Part shown: in pieces, positions 27,900 through 36,850 of the stretch
Layout: each line of letters starts with the position of its first letter
How positions within the stretch are numbered: position 1 is the stretch's first letter
Origin: a virus
IMG/VR virus record: IMGVR_UViG_3300046010_009647
Coordinates: 1 to 64,000 of that record
Reading direction: 5' to 3' (one strand)
DNA length: 64,000 bases
The notes under the pieces: model-generated
What the model was told of the DNA's origin: nothing
Database searches by the model: none
What the model saw: only the letters and a program-made list of their open reading frames with translations
Program-made: the position numbers and the translations under genes

Positions 27900-28310
27900 A
27901 TGCGGTACGGATTACGCAAAAGCTTAGAGGATATTGCGTACGAGCTTAAAGGGATCAAGAATATCCTTGGTTCCATGTGGCACAGTCGTTACTCAAACGG
28001 AGAAACGGACGCACTAAATCCAGAAGCTTTTGCCGATGAGTACATCTCGACAGAAGAATGCGGTAAACGCCTGGGGGTCTCGGACCAAACCATCCGCAAT
28101 TGGATTGCTATTGGTAGGAAGACCCCAGATAAAGGCTGGGTAGAGGGCATTCATTATGTCAACATCTCCCCTGACGTGCACCGTAAAGCAGTATTACGCA
28201 TCCCCTGGAACCGACTGATCCAGTCCTTTGCCAAAAACGAAAACATTGATTTAAAAAATCTACGCGGAAATTATGACCAATATCGCAATAAACAGGAGTT
28301 CCTGGCGTAA
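27900..28310 (+). CDS. HTH (MerR/excisionase-like) DNA-binding protein
   Basis: ISTEECGKRLGVSDQTIRNWI...W.EGIHY. Confidence 0.75.
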   Translation: MRYGLRKSLEDIAYELKGIKNILGSMWHSRYSNGETDALNPEAFADEYISTEECGKRLGVSDQTIRNWIAIGRKTPDKGWVEGIHYVNISPDVHRKAVLRIPWNRLIQSFAKNENIDLKNLRGNYDQYRNKQEFLA

Positions 28311-28777
28311 TGGCGCATCGTTTCCAGGGGATTGATATTGGTTCTATAACAGTTGAGAACCATGAGGAGCTGTTGCCTGAATCGTTGATCAGGCAAGTAG
28401 AAATGTTCTTGCCTCCTAGTGGATCATTCGATGACGGGTGTCTTCGTCGGTACCTTGAAAATCTAAGGAACTACGAAGAAGAAGACGCTAACTCCGGCAT
28501 GACACTTGCTAATCGGTTGCGTCTTGCGTTCCATGATCTGAGTGCGGATACAATCTGCGGTAAATTCCCACAGGCAGAGTTGCCTTTGAAACGAAGGTTA
28601 CGTTGCGTAGCCGAATACCTTATCCGGTCCGGAGAATTTGATAAGGTAAGGGATGAAAACGGAAAACTTGTCAAAAAACGCGGAGTGCTGGGCAAGTTAG
28701 TTGTACTGTATCAACCAACGCCTAAGCTTCTGGAATCACTACACCGCCAAGGATTATTAAAAGATGGATCGACGTGA
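28310..28777 (+). CDS. hypothetical protein
   Basis: Coupled ORF in the operon. Confidence 0.7.
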   Translation: MAHRFQGIDIGSITVENHEELLPESLIRQVEMFLPPSGSFDDGCLRRYLENLRNYEEEDANSGMTLANRLRLAFHDLSADTICGKFPQAELPLKRRLRCVAEYLIRSGEFDKVRDENGKLVKKRGVLGKLVVLYQPTPKLLESLHRQGLLKDGST

Positions 28778-29147
28778 AAAACTAATTGCTTCTGTTATTG
28801 GTCCTGAGCTGGATCAAACGAAAGCACGGATGCTTGATGCCACAATCAAGTTAATCCTTGGTGATATGGGCGAGCAGTACTGCAAGATGTGGGAGTTAGA
28901 AGGCCCAGGTGTTATGGTGTTCCAACCACGGAACAAAGAACGTTCTATGTTCTTCTGGACTTTAAAAGAAATCCACGCTGCACAAGAAGATTGCGAGCGC
29001 AGCAACTCTGGAGATCTTGCTGAGACTTTTAGGCGCATCCTTGGTGCAGCACAAAAGATTGATCCAACGGAAAAGGCTGGTTACATCATCAATGATGATG
29101 AGGGAATGCGTTATCTCGAGATTGATTACAATAAGGCGGCTGCGTAA
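28764..29147 (+). CDS. hypothetical protein
   Basis: Coupled ORF in the operon. Confidence 0.7.
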   Translation: MDRREKLIASVIGPELDQTKARMLDATIKLILGDMGEQYCKMWELEGPGVMVFQPRNKERSMFFWTLKEIHAAQEDCERSNSGDLAETFRRILGAAQKIDPTEKAGYIINDDEGMRYLEIDYNKAAA

Positions 29148-29743
29148 TGGCTGAGAAAGGACTGCGTGGTGTTGCATCACGTAATGAAGGCGCTGAGCTA
29201 ATCACAAATCAAGACTTGGTTCATGCGGCCAACGAGCTTTTGGGCGGCATTACTCTTGACGTGGCTAGTTCCAGGATTGCAAATGAGTACGTACAAGCAG
29301 AAAACTATTACACACCAACGGATGATGGACTAAATGCACAACAGTGGTACGGAAGCTGTTACCTGTTTCCACCAGCGGGCTCCTACTTTTGGGATCAAAA
29401 GCATGAAAAATGGAAAATGACAAGGGCTTCTTCACTGACCCTTTCGTCATCCCATGCTGTATGGTTCCGGCGAATGTACCATGCATGGCTTGCAAAAGAA
29501 ATAAAGGAAGGTCTTTATTTCAGCAACTGCCCTGACATGATTCGTTATGAGCCAAAAATCTTCAAGTTCCCAATGTGCATTTTGAGAACTGCACCTTTTC
29601 TCATGTGCCATAAAGATGGTGAGGTAAATAAAAAGCAGACGTGCACTTCGTTTGTTGTGTACCTGCCGCCCCAGGATTCCTCGATTGATGCCGTGGATTC
29701 TTTCGTAAAGATCTACGGTGAGCGCGGGCATCTTCTTGTGTAA
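29147..29743 (+). CDS. phage N6-adenine DNA methyltransferase-like protein with a degenerate catalytic motif
   Basis: LDVASS..AN..V.A..YYT..DDGL...W.G..YLFPPA (NPPY expected). Confidence 0.65.
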   Translation: MAEKGLRGVASRNEGAELITNQDLVHAANELLGGITLDVASSRIANEYVQAENYYTPTDDGLNAQQWYGSCYLFPPAGSYFWDQKHEKWKMTRASSLTLSSSHAVWFRRMYHAWLAKEIKEGLYFSNCPDMIRYEPKIFKFPMCILRTAPFLMCHKDGEVNKKQTCTSFVVYLPPQDSSIDAVDSFVKIYGERGHLLV

Positions 29744-29776
29744 TCTCTGTATACTGGAGGACGATTACGGGGATTT

Positions 29777-30364
29777 ATGAGCGTCCTGGCCGATTGGGAG
29801 ATCAAGCAACTGGCAGAAGAAGAGCAGATGATCGAACCCTTTGTGGATCATCTGATTAGCAAGGAAGATGGCCGCAAGCTTCTGAGCTATGGACTCAGTT
29901 CTTACGGATATGACATCCGTTTGTCTCCTGCCCAATGCTTGATTTTTGGCAAGGTACAAGCTGGGGATTGTGACCCAAAGAACTTTGATCCTGACATCTT
30001 GAAACCTGCTGACCTCTTGGAGGACGAACGCGGTCAGTACTTCTTGCTTCCTCCATATGGCTATTGCCTGGGCGTTGCACAAGAACGTCTGAAGCTTCCT
30101 CGTGATGTCACTGTTGTGGCTGTAGGTAAATCTACTTACGCACGTTCAGGCATTCTGGTCAACATCACGCCAGCTGAAAGTGGTTGGGAAGGTTACCTGA
30201 CGCTTGAGATCAGTAATTGCACTGGCCTTTTCAATCGCATCTATGCGAATGAGGGGATTACGCAATTGCTGTTCTATCGTGGTAATCCCTGTCATACCAC
30301 GTATCAAGATCGGAAAGGTAAGTACCAAGACCAACCAAACAACGTTGTGTTCTCGCAGGTCTAG
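29777..30364 (+). CDS. dcd: dCTP deaminase
   Basis: SYGLSSYGYDIRL; GKSTYARSG; TP.E.GWEG.LTLE; YQDRKGKYQ. Confidence 0.95.
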   Translation: MSVLADWEIKQLAEEEQMIEPFVDHLISKEDGRKLLSYGLSSYGYDIRLSPAQCLIFGKVQAGDCDPKNFDPDILKPADLLEDERGQYFLLPPYGYCLGVAQERLKLPRDVTVVAVGKSTYARSGILVNITPAESGWEGYLTLEISNCTGLFNRIYANEGITQLLFYRGNPCHTTYQDRKGKYQDQPNNVVFSQV

Positions 30365-30732
30365 AAACCTTTACCAAACTGAGCAGCCGGTTTACGGGCG
30401 TATCCAATGGCACCGGTACGCCCACCGGAATCACCTGTACTTGGCAGCTCAACCCCAGCAATCTCTGCTCTAGTACGTGGAACTTCACCTCGCACTAATG
30501 GTTCATCAATGCTTGCCCTTTGTCTGTATGCACCAGCGGTCTTTGCTGCACGCATGAACTTGGCAACACGATCTTGATCGTTATTGACGGACTCTGCAGA
30601 AGGACGTGCAGTTTCATCAACACGTCGCATGTCAGTGTCATAAGCCTGTTCAGGCCTTAGGTCCGATACCTCGGCTCCTGAGGTACCAGAGCTGACACCC
30701 TGGTTGTAAGTAGCATTAAATCTATTGGCCAT
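30361..30732 (-). CDS. hypothetical protein
   Basis: Likely start MANRF at 30732. Confidence 0.55.
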   Translation of the reverse strand: MANRFNATYNQGVSSGTSGAEVSDLRPEQAYDTDMRRVDETARPSAESVNNDQDRVAKFMRAAKTAGAYRQRASIDEPLVRGEVPRTRAEIAGVELPSTGDSGGRTGAIGYARKPAAQFGKGF

Positions 30733-30767
30733 AATACAATTGTAGAAGCAGTAAATCAATTATTCCC

Positions 30768-31112
30768 GTGATGCACTCCGCTGCAGGCTTCTTAGATGCC
30801 TTTGTTCAAGACGAGGTTAAGTCCCGCTGCATTGATGAAGGAGATTTCGGTGCTCCTCTCGATAATGAAGAAAATGATGTACCCTTATATGATATGTACA
30901 ACCGAGGTTTGGTCGCATGCGAGCAGGGGCTAGAAAGGAATCCGTTGAATCTCGAGGGAGCACGGCCTGGAATGACGGGCTATATCCCCTCAATGGAGCA
31001 GGGTTTGGCGATGGGAGCGTCTCCGAAACCAAGGACTCTGGTGTTGGAACTGGAGGGACCGGAGGAAAAGGAGCAGATGCTGTCAGCAAAACGTCGTGGT
31101 TTGCTCCGGTAG
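30768..31112 (+). CDS. hypothetical protein
   Basis: 114-aa ORF. Confidence 0.55.
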   Translation: MMHSAAGFLDAFVQDEVKSRCIDEGDFGAPLDNEENDVPLYDMYNRGLVACEQGLERNPLNLEGARPGMTGYIPSMEQGLAMGASPKPRTLVLELEGPEEKEQMLSAKRRGLLR

Positions 31113-31117
31113 ACGAA

Positions 31118-31408
31118 GTGAGTGACTGCCCTGGAGGTGTCTGCCCAGTCCCCTGGGCCACCAAAGAAGAGCCTCCTGTGGTCCAAGAGGATGTGGTTAA
31201 TCACCCATCTCACTACACAGATGGCGGCATTGAGTGTATTGAAGCCATTGAAGCAGCTTTGACCGCCGAAGAATTCCGTGGTTACTGTAAAGGCAACAAT
31301 TTAAAGTACACCTGGCGTGAACGCCACAAAGGCGGTACAGAATCACTGAAGAAAGCTCAGTGGTATCTGGACCGCCTCATTCAACTTGACGAAGCTCAGA
31401 AGGGCTGA
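31118..31408 (+). CDS. DUF3310 family protein
   Basis: VNHPSHY..GGIECIEAI...GYCKGN.LKY.WR...KGG.ESL.KA.WYL. Confidence 0.85.
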   Translation: MSDCPGGVCPVPWATKEEPPVVQEDVVNHPSHYTDGGIECIEAIEAALTAEEFRGYCKGNNLKYTWRERHKGGTESLKKAQWYLDRLIQLDEAQKG

Positions 31409-31689
31409 AGTTCATCGTCATCATCATCGTCGTCGTCTCGATATCCACAGGCGGCGGCGAGTTCTGCTAACTCGAGATCGGTTGGATGATCCCAGTCGAT
31501 CTCAATATTTTCTGACGCCATGATATCTTTGATAGCATGCCACTCCATCAAACGTTGGTGATAGAGACTTAGCAGAGCAAAACGGAGTTCTTCCCAAGTC
31601 ATCTCCTCGGACTGGAGTTCAGCTTTGCGCATGGCAAATTGAAGCTCAAGAGGAAGTTCAAACTCCCGTGGCTCGACCGAACGCTCCAT
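31396..31689 (-). CDS. nblA: phycobilisome degradation protein NblA-like
   Basis: L.LE.QF..R.......M...EL...L..LY.Q matches the NblA two-helix consensus. Confidence 0.7.
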   Translation of the reverse strand: MERSVEPREFELPLELQFAMRKAELQSEEMTWEELRFALLSLYHQRLMEWHAIKDIMASENIEIDWDHPTDLELAELAAACGYRDDDDDDDDELQPF

Positions 31690-31725
31690 TCCACTCTGCA
31701 TTTGCTAGCTGCAATTATTCTAATG

Positions 31726-32385
31726 CTAGCCGTTGAATATCAGATCGATGGACTCATCGGCAAAGTCCTGCCATAGATCGTCATCGATACGAAAACTATT
31801 GGCAAATTCGGAAAGGATATAAGGATTGATGCGCTCTTCCAGGGCACGGATTGCGCGTACTTCATGGGGAGCAGCGCTGTAGTTACGGAATGCAGTCAAC
31901 AAGACTTCTGTTGATGCCCAAGGGCTGGTGTCTACATCACGGAGGAAAAGACCCATCTCTTCCCGCCTGCGTTCCAGGAGACCACCAACGACCTTATGGT
32001 TTTGATCAAAGATCCAACGGCTCATCTCCGTGGTGGCACTAGCAAAATCCTCTGCCTCCACATGATCAATGATGTGGCTGTACAAGAAGGACTCCCAACC
32101 AACGGAATGAATGAACGATACTAGAGCCTGGCGCATGTTGTCGTCAAGCCCAAGGTTCTGCCGCTGGAGCTGGGACTCAATGACGCTGACCTCATGGAAG
32201 AGGTACTCAAGAGCTTTCTCCTGGCTGCAACGCTGACCTTGCTTGACGGGAGAACCATCGGGATAGAATTGGGTTCCAAACCCGATGGTGTATGGCTCTG
32301 CACCAGTGTGTGGATCTGCGTATGCCTTTTCGTTAAACCCTTCGTATTTACGAATTAAGTTAATGGCACGCGAAAGATCCGACAT
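31726..32385 (-). CDS. GH24 lysozyme with C-terminal extension
   Basis: EGF...AY.D......TIGFG; ALVSF; GL..RR..E. Confidence 0.85.
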   Translation of the reverse strand: MSDLSRAINLIRKYEGFNEKAYADPHTGAEPYTIGFGTQFYPDGSPVKQGQRCSQEKALEYLFHEVSVIESQLQRQNLGLDDNMRQALVSFIHSVGWESFLYSHIIDHVEAEDFASATTEMSRWIFDQNHKVVGGLLERRREEMGLFLRDVDTSPWASTEVLLTAFRNYSAAPHEVRAIRALEERINPYILSEFANSFRIDDDLWQDFADESIDLIFNG

Positions 32386-32421
32386 GGAGATAACTATTGT
32401 TATCCCCAATATACATAATTT

Positions 32422-32544
32422 TTATTTACCTTGGCCCCTCATCTTTTTACGGCCGTGGCTAGGCAAGGAGTTTCTGCCCTGCCCTTGTCTGGTGCGCTTC
32501 GGTTTGGACTCAAGTCGGACTGTGGTTGATTTGGGTTTGGCCAT
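32422..32544 (-). CDS. small basic protein (40 aa; not in track)
   Basis: MAKPKSTT...KPKRTRQGQG...RKKMRGQGK*. Confidence 0.65.
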   Translation of the reverse strand: MAKPKSTTVRLESKPKRTRQGQGRNSLPSHGRKKMRGQGK

Positions 32545-32580
32545 GGTGTTGTGAAAGCAACGTCAAAAGCTTAGCCCGAA

Positions 32581-32853
32581 TTACCAGGCTTTGCACGACC
32601 AGTAGCCGGCTGTCAGCTTGCTCTTGGGTTCGTCGCAGTTATGTCTAGCGCGAAAATTTTTACGTCGTTCTGGATTGTCTCGTTTGATTTCCATATTGGC
32701 ATCACCAAAGCGTACGATTTTTTCTTCACCATTTTCACACGCTTTTACGACAGACTTTTTACCGCCTTGGATATCACGGCGCGGCTTATTGCACTCCATC
32801 TTATCCTTAGCAATTTTAGACGCTTTTACAGCTTTCTTATGTTGTTCAGACAT
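32581..32853 (-). CDS. conserved phage basic protein
   Basis: VRFGD.NM.IK..NP.RR.NFRARH.C...AGYWSC..W. Confidence 0.75.
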   Translation of the reverse strand: MSEQHKKAVKASKIAKDKMECNKPRRDIQGGKKSVVKACENGEEKIVRFGDANMEIKRDNPERRKNFRARHNCDEPKSKLTAGYWSCKAW

Positions 32854-35675
32854 TAACTAAATCCTTTAAAGAGAGATGTAAATTCACCAAGAATCTTTTG
32901 ACCAGACTTAGATTTGTAATCTTCGTCTTTTGTTTCATCTTCAAATAGTTTAAAATAACTAGGCGCAGGTTTTTCTTTTGTTCCAGTAGTACTGGTTTTT
33001 TCTGTATCAAGAAGATTTTGAATGGACAGTAAAGATTCAAAAGGATCCTTACTTGTTAATCCGGCATAACCACCACCCAACTCCAATCCTTTACCACTCT
33101 TACTGAGAAGCTCCATCTCACCTCTATCTATGTCGGGCATAAACTCGGTATAAAAATTATCTTCACTACCTTGGTACCCAGCGCCTTTAAATATCTTGTA
33201 AAGATCTGTCTCATATTTTGAACTTGCTTCTTTTTTGTCTTCCGGACGTTCAATGTATTCAACACCCAGCTCTTCTTGGCTAGGTGTAACTTTCTTTTCG
33301 TTCAAATACTTGATTGATTCACGTATTTGTTTGGCAGCTCCTGTCCTAAAAAATTCAATGATGTACTCCTTGACTTGATCAATCCCCATGTCTTTACTAC
33401 TTAAACCTAATGTTTCAAGCAGCTTGTCCCACTCTTCTTTGTGCTGTTCTGGATCAATTCCTTCAAGTAAACGATCTGCAAATTCTTCTGGTGTGACAAA
33501 GTTTAAAAATGTAACGTCACCAATATTCAATTTTTCATTTGTAATTTCTGGAAGGATTTTGTTTTGGATGTAATCATCGGCATCTTTTAAAGTGATTAAA
33601 TCTTTTGCCGGATCAAACCCATTGGCTGCTCCCTTAACTTGATAGTGGAGTTTTGCGAATTGATTTTTGTCATTGATGTTGAGACCATAATGGTACGCCC
33701 ATTGATTCCACGTCCAGTTGGTACCAGGTACCAGGCTGGTAGCACCTTTGTTTCTTGCTTCTTCCCAGTCTTTATTTATTTGTTCTTTTTGCGTTGTATA
33801 TTTTGTTAACTTTGGGTCATCTTTTTCAAAATTACCTGTGGGATTCCAGTAAAAATCAGCATTGAAGTTCAAAGGCGCAGTACTACGGACGCCATCTAGG
33901 TAAGCCTTGGCCCTTACATCAGCAATGTCTCTTAAAGAATCAAGGGCACTTTGTGTTTGGAAAACGTTTTGTTCATTTTGCTTTACATCCATGTAGCTAA
34001 TGAATTCACTCATTGAACGTGAAGTATCAAACCTTGGTTTCAAGTAGCGATCAATATAGTCTTTTGCAAATTCTGCGTCGACAGTATACGTTTTACTTGG
34101 ATCTAATGGATCAGTAACGGTCATGCCTCCTTCATAACCTTTTGTTAGTTCACCATCAAACCATTTTTGCCAGTTATAGACTGCCGTGCTTCTGCTTGGT
34201 ATCCCTGTTGCTCTTTCTAGACTCTTTTCTAAACCTTCTTGAATATCTTCTGGATCTCCCATCCAGCCCAATACGCCACCGATACCAGTGTCACCAAGTA
34301 AAGAATTTGCTAAAGACTCATTAACGGCAACGACTTCTTTTAGTCCAGGCAAATTTGTATACATATCAAACGCCTGTTCTTTTTGTTTTGCAATCCTTAG
34401 TTGATTGGCAGCTTTCTTCAGAGAATCGCTTGTTAAAGAACCAAATACTTGCTGTTGTTGTTGTTCCTTTTCCCCTAAAACGCCGGAGAGTCTTCCTTCT
34501 AAATAGGTTGTTCCTTTGTTGACTTTTATCTTGTCACGTAAACGATCAGGAATATAGTCAAGTGTTGGAACAGCTAATGTTCCATTGTCATATTCTTTCT
34601 TTTGATCGCTGGGCAAAGAGCTGTACCATTCTTTTAAAACAGCAGGGTCTTGCGCTTTAGCCCAGTCTTTTATGTTGTCAAACCTATCTGCTAAGCCAAG
34701 AACTTGATCACGATATTGTTGATAATCAGCATCTGTTAGATACTCTTTATAGTTCTCAGTTATGTTTGGACGTTCTGCAGCATTACCGCGATCTCCTGCA
34801 GCCTTTCCTTGTGTTGTGTAGTACCAGTGCAGGTAAGAATCCCTGTTGAATCTACCAACAACATCTAAATCCGGAATGTATTGACCTGCGACGTATAGCG
34901 ACGTTTGAGCCTGGTCCCATTGACGTTGCGCTTCTTGTCCACCGTTTGTATTTAGACGATAGTAAGAGGCATCAAAACCACCCGTAGGTGGTTGAGCACC
35001 TTGTGATCTGCCGTCCCAAGGCGTTACTTTCTTTTGGTAAGAAGCTGATAAGACATTAATTCCATTGTTCTGTACAAGATCAGCAAATTTAACATCTCCA
35101 AGGGAGGATCCAACTCCTTCCATCAGGGACTTGTAATTCCCTGGTTTAGCATTATTAAACTTTGCTACTACATTGTTATAGCTTGAAAGGGCTCCTTGGC
35201 CGATTAAAGAAGAATTAGCAATGAATACATTACCATTACCATCAACGCTTAGTTTTGCACCAGGGAGTACGCGGTCTTCGTTGGAACCTCCCCTTTTGGT
35301 CCAGTGATCTGACCCGTACGCATCGGAAGCGCTTTCATTACTTGCAGGATAACCATTGCGATCCTGGTAGACCATGACAGTGGTATATGAACCACGGCCA
35401 TTTACGCCTGGTTGATCAGGAAAACCATTTGTATTTACAACTTTGGGAGTCGCTCTTCCCTCTCGTGTGCCATAGTCTTGGTAATGCTTGTAACCCCAAT
35501 CCCATTTAGCTACACCTGTTTTTGCGTTTTCGGCTTGCCATGCCGCACTTAAGTCAGGATTTACATCAACATATTGCGCCCAATGAATATTATTTCTATC
35601 GTTTAACCAGCTATTGTATCCATTCCTAAGATCGCCATAAGTAGATACGTATTCACTAAATAAGCCCATTAGCAC
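32853..35675 (-). CDS. large virion protein
   Basis: 940 aa with repeated Y...NPD / H(Y/W)..G..EGR-type motifs. Confidence 0.7.
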   Translation of the reverse strand: MLMGLFSEYVSTYGDLRNGYNSWLNDRNNIHWAQYVDVNPDLSAAWQAENAKTGVAKWDWGYKHYQDYGTREGRATPKVVNTNGFPDQPGVNGRGSYTTVMVYQDRNGYPASNESASDAYGSDHWTKRGGSNEDRVLPGAKLSVDGNGNVFIANSSLIGQGALSSYNNVVAKFNNAKPGNYKSLMEGVGSSLGDVKFADLVQNNGINVLSASYQKKVTPWDGRSQGAQPPTGGFDASYYRLNTNGGQEAQRQWDQAQTSLYVAGQYIPDLDVVGRFNRDSYLHWYYTTQGKAAGDRGNAAERPNITENYKEYLTDADYQQYRDQVLGLADRFDNIKDWAKAQDPAVLKEWYSSLPSDQKKEYDNGTLAVPTLDYIPDRLRDKIKVNKGTTYLEGRLSGVLGEKEQQQQQVFGSLTSDSLKKAANQLRIAKQKEQAFDMYTNLPGLKEVVAVNESLANSLLGDTGIGGVLGWMGDPEDIQEGLEKSLERATGIPSRSTAVYNWQKWFDGELTKGYEGGMTVTDPLDPSKTYTVDAEFAKDYIDRYLKPRFDTSRSMSEFISYMDVKQNEQNVFQTQSALDSLRDIADVRAKAYLDGVRSTAPLNFNADFYWNPTGNFEKDDPKLTKYTTQKEQINKDWEEARNKGATSLVPGTNWTWNQWAYHYGLNINDKNQFAKLHYQVKGAANGFDPAKDLITLKDADDYIQNKILPEITNEKLNIGDVTFLNFVTPEEFADRLLEGIDPEQHKEEWDKLLETLGLSSKDMGIDQVKEYIIEFFRTGAAKQIRESIKYLNEKKVTPSQEELGVEYIERPEDKKEASSKYETDLYKIFKGAGYQGSEDNFYTEFMPDIDRGEMELLSKSGKGLELGGGYAGLTSKDPFESLLSIQNLLDTEKTSTTGTKEKPAPSYFKLFEDETKDEDYKSKSGQKILGEFTSLFKGFS

Positions 35676-36007
35676 TCACCAAAAATAAAAACAGCTTCTT
35701 GTTTGATCCAGGCTTCAATCCTATCAAGGTTTACAGAAGAAAAGAACTCTTGTCTTTCAAACCAATTCTTCATATCTTCTGATCCTTTGTGTGCGTTGCA
35801 GCGACGACAGCAAGGAAGTAAGTTATGTCGGTTAGAAGAGCCGGACTTAAAGCGTGGGATGATGTGATCCAGGCTTGTGGCAGCATCGCCACAATAACCA
35901 CACTTATGATCCCAGGCTTGATATATACTTTCTCTGAAACGTTTCTTGGCAAGTTTGGGTGTTAATTCAACTAGCAGGGCGAGGGGCTCGTGCTCGTTGC
36001 AAAACAT
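35669..36007 (-). CDS. HNH endonuclease
   Basis: CGYCG...SLDHIIP...G.S...NL..CC..CN..K. Confidence 0.88.
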   Translation of the reverse strand: MFCNEHEPLALLVELTPKLAKKRFRESIYQAWDHKCGYCGDAATSLDHIIPRFKSGSSNRHNLLPCCRRCNAHKGSEDMKNWFERQEFFSSVNLDRIEAWIKQEAVFIFGEC

Positions 36008-36143
36008 GCTCTTCGATTGCCGTTAATTTATTCTAATTTCCCTACACAGTTTCGCGGTCACAACAAAGAGATAAAACTTTTCTTAAGACCGTTGACAGGG
36101 CCTTGACTCGCGATAGGGTATGTAGGTAACGACTGCCACACCA

Positions 36144-36362
36144 ATGGCTAAGCACCCTGGCTGGGTCTCTGCTCAGCAACTTGAAGAACTCCTTGGGGTT
36201 GACCGCAAGACGCTCTTCAAGTACCGCGACGACGGCACCTTGAAGCTTGGTCCACACTACGCGGCATTTCCGGAGACCCGTTCCAGGGACAGCTATCGTT
36301 GGAATGTGACAGCAGTCAGGCGACACCTGCAAAAGCAGGGTATGATGCCGGTAGCCGCTTGA
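36144..36362 (+). CDS. excisionase-like HTH protein
   Basis: WVS..QL.E.LGV.RKTL..YR..G.LK.GPHY. Confidence 0.7.
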   Translation: MAKHPGWVSAQQLEELLGVDRKTLFKYRDDGTLKLGPHYAAFPETRSRDSYRWNVTAVRRHLQKQGMMPVAA

Positions 36363-36738
36363 CCCGCCTATAGTGATTCTTGCGCATTTTGTGAGCAATG
36401 ACTAAGTCAGTAATGTTGAGTTCAACATTCTGAAAAGCCATTGCCTCATACATGGACGAACTGATGGACGGCAAGCAGCTCTGCAAATCGCAGGGCTGTT
36501 TTTCTTTTAGACCAAACAAGAAAACCCACTGTGGATGTAGTGGGCGGACAAGTCGCTTTTTACCGGGGACAGATATGGAAAGATCTGGTCCCCAATCAAG
36601 GTCAATTAGTTCTTCTGGTTTAAGGCCATAGGTTGCAACCATGCCGTAAAGCCAGGCAATCTCTTTTGTTTTTCTGCTGGATGCTAAGCGGAAATATTCA
36701 TCCACAATCCGCTGATCCAGGGGCGGTTGGTGGTTCAT
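36316..36738 (-). CDS. degenerate tyrosine-recombinase fragment
   Basis: WLYGMVATYGLKPEEL...RLVRPLHPQWV resembles cyanobacterial integrase box I (GLRP.E); 140 aa only. Confidence 0.6.
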   Translation of the reverse strand: MNHQPPLDQRIVDEYFRLASSRKTKEIAWLYGMVATYGLKPEELIDLDWGPDLSISVPGKKRLVRPLHPQWVFLFGLKEKQPCDLQSCLPSISSSMYEAMAFQNVELNITDLVIAHKMRKNHYRRVKRLPASYPAFAGVA

Positions 36739-36850
36739 GTGTTGTATGAGCTAAGTACCTGCACCATATCGAACGGTGGGCTTGGCTCGCAAGGGGTAAA
36801 GAAAACCTTAATAAGTCTCGTGAGACTTAAATACAAGTATAACGTAAGTG

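Noticed and set aside
36316-36738. Functional integrase implying a prophage
   Set aside because: Too short, the catalytic Arg is replaced, and no host flank or att site is visible in the window.
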